From NCBI GenBank assembly GCA_963773695.1, contig CAVZCE010000001.1, positions 205,702 through 269,701 of the forward strand: a stretch of 64,000 nucleotides of DNA, written 5' to 3'. Positions within the stretch are counted from its first letter, which is position 1, and every line of letters starts with the position of its first letter. This document shows positions 55,282 to 63,490 of the stretch, piece after piece. This DNA is from an uncultured Chloroflexia bacterium. Its GTDB lineage: Bacteria; Chloroflexota; Limnocylindria; QHBO01. The position numbers and the translations under genes were made by a program. The notes under the pieces were generated by a model. It saw only the letters and a program-made list of their open reading frames with translations. It had not been told where the DNA came from and did no database searches.

Positions 55282-56493
55282 GTGAAGCTTGCCAGCCGCA
55301 TGGACCTGATCGGCACTGAGACAGCGTTCGAGGCGGCGGCCCGAGCCCGCGCCCTGGAGGCAACCGGCCGCGAGGTGATCCACCTCGAGATCGGTGAGCC
55401 CGACTTCGACACGCCGCGTCACATCTCCGAGGCCGCTGCCCACGCGGTCCTCGAGGAGGGGATGACCCATTACACCGGGGCCACGGGGATCCCGCAGCTC
55501 CGCGAGGCGATCGCCGCCGACGTGAAGCGCTGGAAGGGGATCGAGACCAGCCCCGAGCGCGTGGTCGTCACGCCCGGCGCCAAGCCCATCATGTTCTACG
55601 CCATGCTCGCCCTGATCAATCCGGGCGACGAGGTGATCTACCCCAACCCCGGATTCCCGATCTACGAGAGCATGGCCCGCTACGTGGGTGGAACGCCGGT
55701 TCCCGCGCCGCTGCGCGAGTCCAACGAGTTCCGGATGGACGTCGCCGAGATCGAGTCGCTGGTGACCGACCGCACGCGCCTGATCGTCTTCAACTCGCCG
55801 CACAACCCGTGCGGCTCGACCCTGTCGCAGGACGATATCCGTGAGATCGCGCGCATCGCGGTCGAGCACGACCTCGTGGTCCTCGCCGACGAGATCTACG
55901 GTCGCCTCCAGTACGAGGGCAGCCTCCTCTCGATCGCCACCCTGCCCGGCATGGAGGAGCGGACGATCACCCTGGACGGCTTCTCCAAGACGTTCGCCAT
56001 GACCGGCTGGCGCCTGGGATACGGGGTCCTGCCGGAGTGGCTCGTGCCCACGTTCAGCCGCCTGGTGATCAACAGCGTGAGCTGCACGAACGCGTTCGCC
56101 CAGGTCGGGGCGGTCGCCGCTCTCACGGGGCCGCAGGACGAGCCGGATGCCATGCGCGCGGAGTTCATCGCCCGTCGCAAGCTGATCGTGGACGGCCTCA
56201 ACGCCATCCCGGGCGTCAGCTGCGTGATGCCCCACGGTGCCTTCTACGCCTTCCCGAACGTGAAGAGCTTCGGACGCAGTAGCAACGAGATCGCGGACCA
56301 CCTCCTCTACGACGCGGGCGTCTGCGGCCTCTCCGGGACGGCCTTCGGCTCCTACGGGGAGGGCTACCTGCGCTTCAGCTACGCGAACTCGCGCGAGAAC
56401 CTCGCGAAGGCGCTCGAGCGCGTGGCGGCGTCGCTGGCGAAGCTGGAGCGCACCGGCGAGCTCGTGTCGGCCGGCGCCGGTGCGTCCCGATGA
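55282..56493 (+). CDS. PLP-dependent aminotransferase class I/II (aspartate aminotransferase-like)
   Basis: The motifs are IHLEIGEPDFDTP, LIVFNSPHNPCGS and GFSKTFAMTGWRLGY (PLP lysine SKTF). The GTG start has an AGGAGAGG RBS. Confidence 0.85.
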   Translation: MKLASRMDLIGTETAFEAAARARALEATGREVIHLEIGEPDFDTPRHISEAAAHAVLEEGMTHYTGATGIPQLREAIAADVKRWKGIETSPERVVVTPGAKPIMFYAMLALINPGDEVIYPNPGFPIYESMARYVGGTPVPAPLRESNEFRMDVAEIESLVTDRTRLIVFNSPHNPCGSTLSQDDIREIARIAVEHDLVVLADEIYGRLQYEGSLLSIATLPGMEERTITLDGFSKTFAMTGWRLGYGVLPEWLVPTFSRLVINSVSCTNAFAQVGAVAALTGPQDEPDAMRAEFIARRKLIVDGLNAIPGVSCVMPHGAFYAFPNVKSFGRSSNEIADHLLYDAGVCGLSGTAFGSYGEGYLRFSYANSRENLAKALERVAASLAKLERTGELVSAGAGASR

Positions 56494-58859
56494 CCACCAC
56501 CCGCCCCGACACCACGGAGCGCCTCCTGCAGGAGGCGGCGGGCTCGTTCGAGCACTGGGAGCTGCTGCGCGAGGTGATCGACGAGACGATCGACCTCTCC
56601 CTCAACTACCGCCAGTCGGGCCACCCCGGCGGCTCGCGATCGAAGGTCCATCTCTTCCTGGCGCTCCTCCTCTCGGGGGCCATGCGCTGGGACATCCGGC
56701 GCCCGTGGCGAACGTTCTCGGACCGCTTCGTCCTCTCCGCCGGCCACACCGTCCCGCTCGTCTACTCGACGCTGGCGATCCTCAACGAGGTGCTGCGCGC
56801 ACGCCAGGAGCGTGACCCTCGCGAGGCCTTCGCCTTCCCCGATGGCGGCCGCTGGGCGCTGACCTGGGAGGATCTCCTGGGGCTGCGCCACAACCGCGGC
56901 CTGGCGGGGCATGCGGAGATGGAGGGCAAGACCCTCTTCCTCAAGTTCAACACCGGTCCCTCCGGCCACGGCATGCCGCCGGCGGCCGGCGAGGCCACGG
57001 CGCTCAAGCTCGCCGGCTGCGAGGAGGTCAAGGTCTTCGTGGTCGAGGGCGAGGGCGGCCTCACCCCGGGCGCCAGCCACGAGACGCGCAACACCGCGTG
57101 GGGCCTGGGCCTGTCGAACCTTGTCTTCCTCATCGACTGGAACGACTTCGGGATCGACGACACGCCCATCAGCCGCGTTGTGCCCGGGACCCCGGAGAGC
57201 TGGTTCGGCGGCTACGACTGGCGCGTCACCGGGACGCTCGCCGGTTCGGAGTGGGAGCCGGTGACACGGGCAGTCCTCGAGGCGGCCCGTGGTGAGAACC
57301 CGCGCGGCATCCCCTCGGTCGCCTGGTTCAAGACGCGCAAGGGGCGCGGCTACGGCAAGTACGACAACAAGAGCCACGGCAGCCCGTGGCCCATGAACGC
57401 CCCGGAGTTCTGGGCGGTCCGCAAGGAGTTCATGGCGCGCCACGGCGTGGAGTACGCCGGCGTCGACCAGCCGGCGCCATCGGACCCGGCCGCGCGCGAG
57501 GCGCAGGCCCGCCACAACTTCGAGGTGGTGATGGGGGTCCTGCGGGCCCACCCCGAGGTGGTGGACGCCGTCAGCGACCGGCTCGTGGAGCTGGGAGCAT
57601 CGGTCCCGGAGCACGTCGAGGGGTTCAATCTCGGAGGGCGCGGGGCGGAGCTCTTCTCGGACGCCCGGATCACCGACGTGCGCTCGTATCCCGCATCCCT
57701 GTGGAAGGCGCCCGGGGAGAAGGCGCCGAACCGCGCCGCGCTGGCGGCCTGGGGCGCCTGGATCAACGCCTTCGCGAAGGCGGAGTACGGGCGGCCGCTG
57801 GTCATCGCCTGCAGCGCCGACCTGGCCGAATCAACGAACATCGCCGGCTTTGCCAAGGACTACGAGGGCATGCCCGGCTGGGGCTGGTACGACCGCGAGA
57901 CGAACCCGCGCGGGACCCTGCTCCCCCAGGAGATCACGGAGTTCACCAACGCGGGCCTCATGGCCGGGCTGGCGACCGTCAACCTGGCGGATGATCCGAT
58001 GGCGACCTTCAACGGGTTCTGGGGCGCGAGCTCGACCTACGGCTCGTTCAGCTACCTCAAGTACGGCCCCATGCGCCTCTTCAGCCAGCTCGCCCAGGAC
58101 ACCCAGCTCAAGCTGGGCAAGGTGATCTGGGTCGCCGGCCACTCCGGCCCGGAGACCGCCGAGGATTCGCGCACGCACTTCGGGATCTTCGCGCCGGGAG
58201 TCACGCAGCTCTTCCCGGAGGGCCACGTCATCGACCTGCACCCGTGGGAATACAACGAGGTCCCCGTGGTCCTCGCCGCGGCGCTGGCCACCGACGTCCC
58301 GATCGTGGCGCTCCACCTGACCCGACCGTCGGTCGAGATCCCGGACCGCGCCGCCCTCGGCATGGCGTCGCACTTCGAGGCGGCGCGCGGCGCGTACGTG
58401 CTGCGGGCCGTGGACCCCGACCAGCCGGCTGCGGGCACCGTCTACGTGCGGGGCACGGTGACCACCGCCACCGTGGTGAAGCTCCTGCCGGAGCTCGACG
58501 CGCGCGGCATCAACGTCCGGATCGTGGCCGCCATCAGCCCGCAGCTCTTCCGCCGGCAGGAGGTCGCCTACCGCGAGCTCCTCTGCTCGGACGCGGATCG
58601 CTTCAACGGCATGGCGATCACGAACGGCGCGGGGAAGCTCATGCGCGACTGGGTGGAGGGCCCCATCGCGGCGGAGTACTCCCTCTCCGCCGACCGGGAC
58701 GACCGCTGGCGGACAGGTGGAACCGTCGAGGAGGTCATGGAGGAGGCCGGGCTGGGCCCGGAGCAGATCCTGGCCGCCATCGAGCGCTACGCGAACGACC
58801 GCGAGATCCGCCTCCGGCGTCTCCGCAACGTGCTGGCGGCCATCGAGCGCGGCGACTGA
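56490..58859 (+). CDS. Transketolase-family TPP-dependent enzyme, long form (789 aa)
   Basis: The motifs are NYRQSGHPGGSRS, DRFVLSAGHTVPLVYSTLA and VEGEGGLTPGASHE. The ATG overlaps the aminotransferase stop as ATGA. Confidence 0.7.
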   Translation: MTTTRPDTTERLLQEAAGSFEHWELLREVIDETIDLSLNYRQSGHPGGSRSKVHLFLALLLSGAMRWDIRRPWRTFSDRFVLSAGHTVPLVYSTLAILNEVLRARQERDPREAFAFPDGGRWALTWEDLLGLRHNRGLAGHAEMEGKTLFLKFNTGPSGHGMPPAAGEATALKLAGCEEVKVFVVEGEGGLTPGASHETRNTAWGLGLSNLVFLIDWNDFGIDDTPISRVVPGTPESWFGGYDWRVTGTLAGSEWEPVTRAVLEAARGENPRGIPSVAWFKTRKGRGYGKYDNKSHGSPWPMNAPEFWAVRKEFMARHGVEYAGVDQPAPSDPAAREAQARHNFEVVMGVLRAHPEVVDAVSDRLVELGASVPEHVEGFNLGGRGAELFSDARITDVRSYPASLWKAPGEKAPNRAALAAWGAWINAFAKAEYGRPLVIACSADLAESTNIAGFAKDYEGMPGWGWYDRETNPRGTLLPQEITEFTNAGLMAGLATVNLADDPMATFNGFWGASSTYGSFSYLKYGPMRLFSQLAQDTQLKLGKVIWVAGHSGPETAEDSRTHFGIFAPGVTQLFPEGHVIDLHPWEYNEVPVVLAAALATDVPIVALHLTRPSVEIPDRAALGMASHFEAARGAYVLRAVDPDQPAAGTVYVRGTVTTATVVKLLPELDARGINVRIVAAISPQLFRRQEVAYRELLCSDADRFNGMAITNGAGKLMRDWVEGPIAAEYSLSADRDDRWRTGGTVEEVMEEAGLGPEQILAAIERYANDREIRLRRLRNVLAAIERGD

Positions 58860-58874
58860 GGCGACGAGCGAAGC

Positions 58875-59084
58875 GTGCCGGATCTCAAGCAGCATCCCTA
58901 CGAGCACCAGCGGCCGCAGCGACCGAGCCACCTGCCGTACCGGACCGACCCCCCGCCGGAGCGGCGCGGGGCGCCCGACATGCGCCTGGCGCTCTACGTG
59001 GGGCTGGTGCTGCTCGGGATCGTGGCCTTCTTCGCGGTGCCGTACATCGTCCAGTACCTGCTTCTGTGGCTGACCGGGGGCTGA
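58875..59084 (+). CDS. Possible small protein with a C-terminal TM helix (69 aa), low confidence
   Basis: It ends LALYVGLVLLGIVAFFAVPYIVQYLLLWLTGG and starts with GTG. There is no family match. Confidence 0.25.
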   Translation: MPDLKQHPYEHQRPQRPSHLPYRTDPPPERRGAPDMRLALYVGLVLLGIVAFFAVPYIVQYLLLWLTGG

Positions 59085-59097
59085 GGCGCCGGACGGT

Positions 59098-59922
59098 TCA
59101 GACCTGGGCGGTCCAGACGTACACCGTCCCGCCGGTGACCTTCACCTTCGGCCGGGAGAGGGGCGGGAGCGAGATCGGGTAGGCTGCCGCATCGCCGGCG
59201 TAGGCGCCCGATGCCCGCCATTCGCGGGGTCCGTTGGCCAGCTGGCCGTTCAGGTCGAAGCTCGCCCCGTGGCACGGGCAGCGCAGATCCTGCCAGTCCG
59301 GGCGGTAGTGCAGGGTGCAGCCCATGTGGGTGCAGACCGCCGCCAGGGCCCGGATCTCTCCCGCGTCGTTCACGACGTAGCCGTCGAAGGCGGCGGTGGT
59401 GAAGCGGACCGCACTGCCCGCCGGCAGGTCGGCCACGGCGACGACGGGGTGCCAGTACCCCTCGCCGGAGACGAGGGGCGTCGACCCGCCGGCCAGCAGG
59501 CCTCCGGAGGACGATGGCTCGCCGCGCAGGGCGGCCATTCCCAGGGCGCCGGCGGCCAGGCCCGCGGCCGCGCCGATGCCGCCCTGCAGCAGGGCGCGCC
59601 GCGAGAGGCGCACGCGTCCCGAAGGGGTGGGCGCCGTCGGCACGACGGGATGACGCAGCGGAGGCGGGGTCCGGACCGCCGCGATGCCGGCATCGGCCTG
59701 GCGCATCCGGAGCCGGAGCTGCTCGACGAAGGCAGGATCGGGATCCTGGCCGGTCCCCGTGGTGCCGGCCAGCTCAGCGGCGGTGCGGGCCATCTCGGCT
59801 TCGTCGCGGCCGGCGACGTTCTCCGGCGAGGGACGCTCGCCGCTCACCAGCGCGTCGAGATAGCGATCGAAGCGGTCGGCCATCCCGGGCTCGTCGGCAG
59901 GCCGGCCCGGTCGGTCAGGCAT
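59098..59922 (-). CDS. Putative anti-sigma factor: cytoplasmic N-domain, one Tat-like TM segment, and an extracytoplasmic Rieske [2Fe-2S] domain
   Basis: The ATG overlaps the ECF sigma stop as ATGCCTGA. SRRALLQGGIGAAAGLAAGALG is the TM/Tat-like segment. CTHMGCTLHY and CPCHGASF are the Rieske boxes. Confidence 0.6.
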   Translation of the reverse strand: MPDRPGRPADEPGMADRFDRYLDALVSGERPSPENVAGRDEAEMARTAAELAGTTGTGQDPDPAFVEQLRLRMRQADAGIAAVRTPPPLRHPVVPTAPTPSGRVRLSRRALLQGGIGAAAGLAAGALGMAALRGEPSSSGGLLAGGSTPLVSGEGYWHPVVAVADLPAGSAVRFTTAAFDGYVVNDAGEIRALAAVCTHMGCTLHYRPDWQDLRCPCHGASFDLNGQLANGPREWRASGAYAGDAAAYPISLPPLSRPKVKVTGGTVYVWTAQV

Positions 59923-60574
59923 CCGGCGCCTCCTCGAGGAGCGCGGCCTTCCGCAGCGCCCGGTACTGCAGCACCTTGGCATTTCCGTGGCTGATGCCCA
60001 TCCGATCCGCCGTCTCCGCCACGGAGAGGCGCTGGAGGAACCGCAGCTCCAGGACCCGCCGGTAGTTCTCCGGCAGGCGCCGCAGGAGCGCCGCGACCCG
60101 GTGGCTGGCCGCGTCGGCGGCGGATCGCTCCTCCGCCGTCTGCGGGGACTCGCCGGCCGTCGCCATCGGCGCCGGATCCGCGGGCTCCCAGCCGGGGGCG
60201 ACCTGGTCACTGGCCACCAGCGGCAGGCGGTAGAACGCGCGCCAGTAGTCGGCGATGGCGTTCTGGCTCACCCGGTAGAGCCAGCTGGCGATCTGTCCGG
60301 GGTCCCGGGTCGTGTCGAGCTGCTCAACGGCGCGCAGGAAGACCTGGGCGGTGAGGTCCTCCGCGTCGGGACGGTTCCCGACACGGGCGTAGATGAAACG
60401 GTAGATGGGCACCACCTGGGCGTCGTAGATCTCCTCGAAGCGTCCGCGCGGAGCCGGGACGGCGGGCGAGGGGCTCTCCGCGGCAGCGTCCGCGCCGGGA
60501 GCACCAGGTGTCGGCGAGCCTCCTGCGGGTGAAGGCACCGGGAGGTCGCGCGGCGCTCGTGGGCGAGTGGCCAT
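59915..60574 (-). CDS. ECF (sigma-70 group 4) RNA polymerase sigma factor
   Basis: Region 2 is FEEIYDAQVVPIYRFIYARVGNRPDAEDLTAQVFLRA. Region 4 is YRRVLELRFLQRLSVAETADRMGISHGNAKVLQYRALRK. The N-terminal 45 aa are low-complexity, so the start may be internal. Confidence 0.8.
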   Translation of the reverse strand: MATRPRAPRDLPVPSPAGGSPTPGAPGADAAAESPSPAVPAPRGRFEEIYDAQVVPIYRFIYARVGNRPDAEDLTAQVFLRAVEQLDTTRDPGQIASWLYRVSQNAIADYWRAFYRLPLVASDQVAPGWEPADPAPMATAGESPQTAEERSAADAASHRVAALLRRLPENYRRVLELRFLQRLSVAETADRMGISHGNAKVLQYRALRKAALLEEAPDA

Positions 60575-60605
60575 CCCGACCTGATACGCCGCCGGTTACG
60601 GCCCG

Positions 60606-61100
60606 CTAGGGCCGCGGCCGCAGGGGAGCGAGGAGCGCGGCGATCTCCTCCAGGAAGAGCCGGTCCGTCTCGTCGAAGGCGGCGGGGTCGGATGCATCGA
60701 TGTCGATCTCGCCCACGACCTGCCCCTCGCTCAGGATGGGGACCACGATCTCGCTGCGGGTGGTGGCGAAGCAGGCGAGGTAGCGTGGGTCCGCGCTGAC
60801 GTCGTCCACGATCTCCGTCTGGCCCGATGCCGCCGCGGCGCCGCAGATCCCCTCCCCGATCGGGATCCGGGTGTGCTCCGTGGCCTCCGGTCCGATCCAC
60901 GGCCCCAGGACGAGGTCCGTGCCGTTGACGTCGACCCAGTAGATGCCGATCCAGTCGTAGTGCGGGAAGCGCTCGTGCAGCTCTTCCACCGCGCGCTGGG
61001 CTGCAGCCTCCGGGCCCGGCGCCTCGGCCACCGCCTGGCGGACCAGGTTGAGGGCGTCGCCATGGGCGAGGGGTCGCTCCTCGAGGACGGGATGGCTCAT
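60606..61100 (-). CDS. GAF-domain protein (free methionine-(R)-sulfoxide reductase / fRMsr-like)
   Basis: HYDWIGIYWVD...GEGICGAAAASGQTEIVDDVSADPRYLACFATTRSEIVVPI is the fRMsr-type GAF. The ATG overlaps the HxlR stop as ATGA. Confidence 0.65.
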   Translation of the reverse strand: MSHPVLEERPLAHGDALNLVRQAVAEAPGPEAAAQRAVEELHERFPHYDWIGIYWVDVNGTDLVLGPWIGPEATEHTRIPIGEGICGAAAASGQTEIVDDVSADPRYLACFATTRSEIVVPILSEGQVVGEIDIDASDPAAFDETDRLFLEEIAALLAPLRPRP

Positions 61101-61474
61101 GATCTCGCCGCCCAGCGGTCCGCCCACGCGTTGATGGGCAGGATGAGCAGCCGCAGGTCCTCGCCCTTGGGCGTCAGCGAGTACTCGACCCAGGGTGGGA
61201 CCTCCGAGATGAGGCGCCGCTTCACGAGGTCCTGGTCCTCCATCAGCTTCAGGCGCTGGGAAAGGGTGGCCGAGTTCGCGCCGCCCAGCGCGTCCTGCAG
61301 CTCGCAGAAGCGCTGCGTCCGACCCCCCAGGGCCCACACGATGCGGAGCACCCACTTCTGCCCGAGGACGGTGAGGGCGGCGGTCGCGGGACACTCGGCG
61401 TGGCGTGCGGCGTCGCGCCGCTCGGCCCGCGAGCGGACGTGGGAAGGGGTCGGTGAAGCGACGGCGGCGTTCAT
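61097..61474 (-). CDS. HxlR-family transcriptional regulator
   Basis: CPATAALTVLGQKWVLRIVWALGGRTQRFCELQDALGGANSATLSQRLKLMEDQDLVKRR is typical of HxlR. Confidence 0.8.
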   Translation of the reverse strand: MNAAVASPTPSHVRSRAERRDAARHAECPATAALTVLGQKWVLRIVWALGGRTQRFCELQDALGGANSATLSQRLKLMEDQDLVKRRLISEVPPWVEYSLTPKGEDLRLLILPINAWADRWAARS

Positions 61475-61532
61475 CGGGCGTCGAACGGTAGCACCGCCCT
61501 ACAGGGGGGTCAACCGTCGTCGACGAGGCGGC

Positions 61533-62000
61533 TCAGCTCTCGGCGACGCGCTCCAGGGTGCGCCGCAGGCGCTCGAGGTCGCGCGCGGGGATGCGGTCCA
61601 GGAAGTGCTCGCAGACGCCCCGCAGGTGGACCGGCGTCGCGTCGCGCAGGCGGACGAGGCCGGCATCGGTCAGGTGGGCCCAGAGGCCGCGGCGATCCGT
61701 CGCGCAGGAGGTGCGCTGGACCAGGCCGTCCGCCTCCAGCCGATCGACGAGACGGGTGGCGCCGCTCCGCGAGAGGAGGAGCCGATCCGCGAGCTCGCTC
61801 ATCCGGAGGCGGCGCGCCTCGGCGACGGCGAGCTGGTAGAGGACGTCGTAGTCGGCGAGGGAGAGGTCCTGCTCGACCTGGAGCTCGTGCTCGAGCTGGC
61901 GCGTCACCTGGGCGTGAGCCCGGAGGAAGGTGCCCCACGCGACGAGTCGTTCGTCGTCGGTCGGCTCGCTGGAGGTCTGGGTCTGCGGCTCGGGGGACAT
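61533..62000 (-). CDS. MarR-family transcriptional regulator
   Basis: LSLADYDVLYQLAVAEARRLRMSELADRLLLSRSGATRLVDRLEADGLVQR is a MarR winged helix. Confidence 0.8.
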   Translation of the reverse strand: MSPEPQTQTSSEPTDDERLVAWGTFLRAHAQVTRQLEHELQVEQDLSLADYDVLYQLAVAEARRLRMSELADRLLLSRSGATRLVDRLEADGLVQRTSCATDRRGLWAHLTDAGLVRLRDATPVHLRGVCEHFLDRIPARDLERLRRTLERVAES

Positions 62001-62122
62001 CGGTCGCGTGCGCTCGCCTGGGTACGGGAGGATCGTCAGCCAGCGCGTGCGCTGGCGTGACAAAGGATACCGGCTCCGCTCGTGCCGCGACAAACAGGGA
62101 GCGCCGCCCTCAGGTTTCGCCC

Positions 62123-62341
62123 TCAGGCCCCGTTCTCGGCCCCGTTCTCGGCCGCATCGACCGCGTTGGCCGCATCGGCCGCATCGTCGATGGTGTCGTA
62201 CCGTCGCGAGTCGAGGAACTCCCGCTTGCCCTTCGCGTTGCGGTGCCAGAGCTCCACGATCACGGCGGTGGGGAACTCCTCCGCCTCCACGACCAGCAGC
62301 TCTGCCGGCCCGTGCTGGTTCTTCCGTACACGCTCGCCCAT
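62123..62341 (-). CDS. Small hypothetical protein (72 aa) with a low-complexity acidic DAA/ENGA tail
   Basis: The ATG lies 6 nt after the histidine-kinase stop. The C-terminus (AADAANAVDAAENGAENGA) is encoded by short tandem DNA repeats. Confidence 0.35.
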   Translation of the reverse strand: MGERVRKNQHGPAELLVVEAEEFPTAVIVELWHRNAKGKREFLDSRRYDTIDDAADAANAVDAAENGAENGA

Positions 62342-62347
62342 CTGTTC

Positions 62348-63490
62348 CTACCCTACTCGTCCGTCCTCGTCGCCGCGCTCGGTTCCGGCCGCGGGGATAT
62401 CGATCCAGAACGTGCTGCCCTGGCCCACCTCGCTCTCGGCGCTCGCCGACCCCCCGTGGGCCTCCGCGATGTGCCGCACGATCGCGAGCCCCAGCCCGGC
62501 ACTGCCGGTCCGCAGCTCGTCGTCGGCGCGATCCTCATCGCGCGCCCGCGAACGATCCACCTTGTAGAACCGCTCGAAGATGCGCCCGAGGTGACCGGGT
62601 GGAATCCCGATCCCACGATCGCGAACCCAGAAGCGCACGTAGCCTGCGCGCAGCTCCCATCCCACCGTGACGGTCCCGTCGGAATGGCTGAACTTGATGG
62701 CGTTGTGGACGAGGTTGACGAGTGCCTGCTCGAGCCGTGGCTCGTCCGCCGCCGCCATCTCCGAAACGGGTGCCGCTGCCGGCTCTGCGGCCTCCAGGCG
62801 GATCCGGTTGCGCTCCGCCAGGGGGTGCATTCGCCGAACCACGCTCTTCACCACCGCGTCGGGCGCCACGGCTTCGATCGTGAGCTGTACCTCCCCCGAC
62901 TCGATCATCGAGAGCTCCAGGAGCTCGTCGACGAGCTGCGCCAGCTGGTCGACCTCGCGCTCGACCTGGCCGGCGAAGTCGCGGGCGGTCTCCACGTCGT
63001 CCACCGCGCCCCCGGAGAGCGTCTCCGCGATGAGCTTGATGGAGGCGAGCGGCGTGCGCAGCTCGTGGCTGATGTTCGCGATGAAGTCGCGACGCACCTG
63101 CTCCGCCCGCCGGATCCGGGTCACGTCGTGCAGGAAGAGCAGCAGTCCGCCATTTCGCAACGGCATCGCCTCGACGTGGTAGGTCTGGGAGCCCAGGTGG
63201 CCGAGGCGCACCTCGCCCTGTCGCTGGCTGCCCCGCTCCGAGGCCTCGCGGGCCACCGCATCGAGGGCGGCCGAGCCGAAGGCGGCGATGAGGCTCATTC
63301 CCGCCAGGTCCTCCGCCCGGCGCTCCGCGAGGCGCGCAGCGGTTGCCCCCGCCTGCCGGATGCGCAGCCGCTCGTCGGTGAGGATGAGGAACCCCGAGGC
63401 GGTGCCGCGCAGGAGCGCCTCGAGTGCGGCGCCGGCCAGCTCCGCCTCCCGGGAGGCAGCTGTGTCCGCATCGGCCGGATGGAGCGTCAC
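62348..63490 (-). CDS. Cytoplasmic PAS-domain sensor histidine kinase (no TM helix)
   Basis: A PAS-like N-terminus is followed by the H-box FIANISHELRTPLASI and by HNAIKFS, DRGIGI and GLGLAIV. The start overlaps the response-regulator stop as ATGA. Confidence 0.85.
   Translation of the reverse strand: MTLHPADADTAASREAELAGAALEALLRGTASGFLILTDERLRIRQAGATAARLAERRAEDLAGMSLIAAFGSAALDAVAREASERGSQRQGEVRLGHLGSQTYHVEAMPLRNGGLLLFLHDVTRIRRAEQVRRDFIANISHELRTPLASIKLIAETLSGGAVDDVETARDFAGQVEREVDQLAQLVDELLELSMIESGEVQLTIEAVAPDAVVKSVVRRMHPLAERNRIRLEAAEPAAAPVSEMAAADEPRLEQALVNLVHNAIKFSHSDGTVTVGWELRAGYVRFWVRDRGIGIPPGHLGRIFERFYKVDRSRARDEDRADDELRTGSAGLGLAIVRHIAEAHGGSASAESEVGQGSTFWIDIPAAGTERGDEDGRVG

Noticed and set aside
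56490-58859. A phosphoketolase (Xfp) call based on the about 790-aa length
   Set aside because: The N-terminal motifs are transketolase-type (GHPGGSxS, DRFVLSxGH) rather than the phosphoketolase GHWGT / EGGELGY signatures. The length excess comes from insertions.
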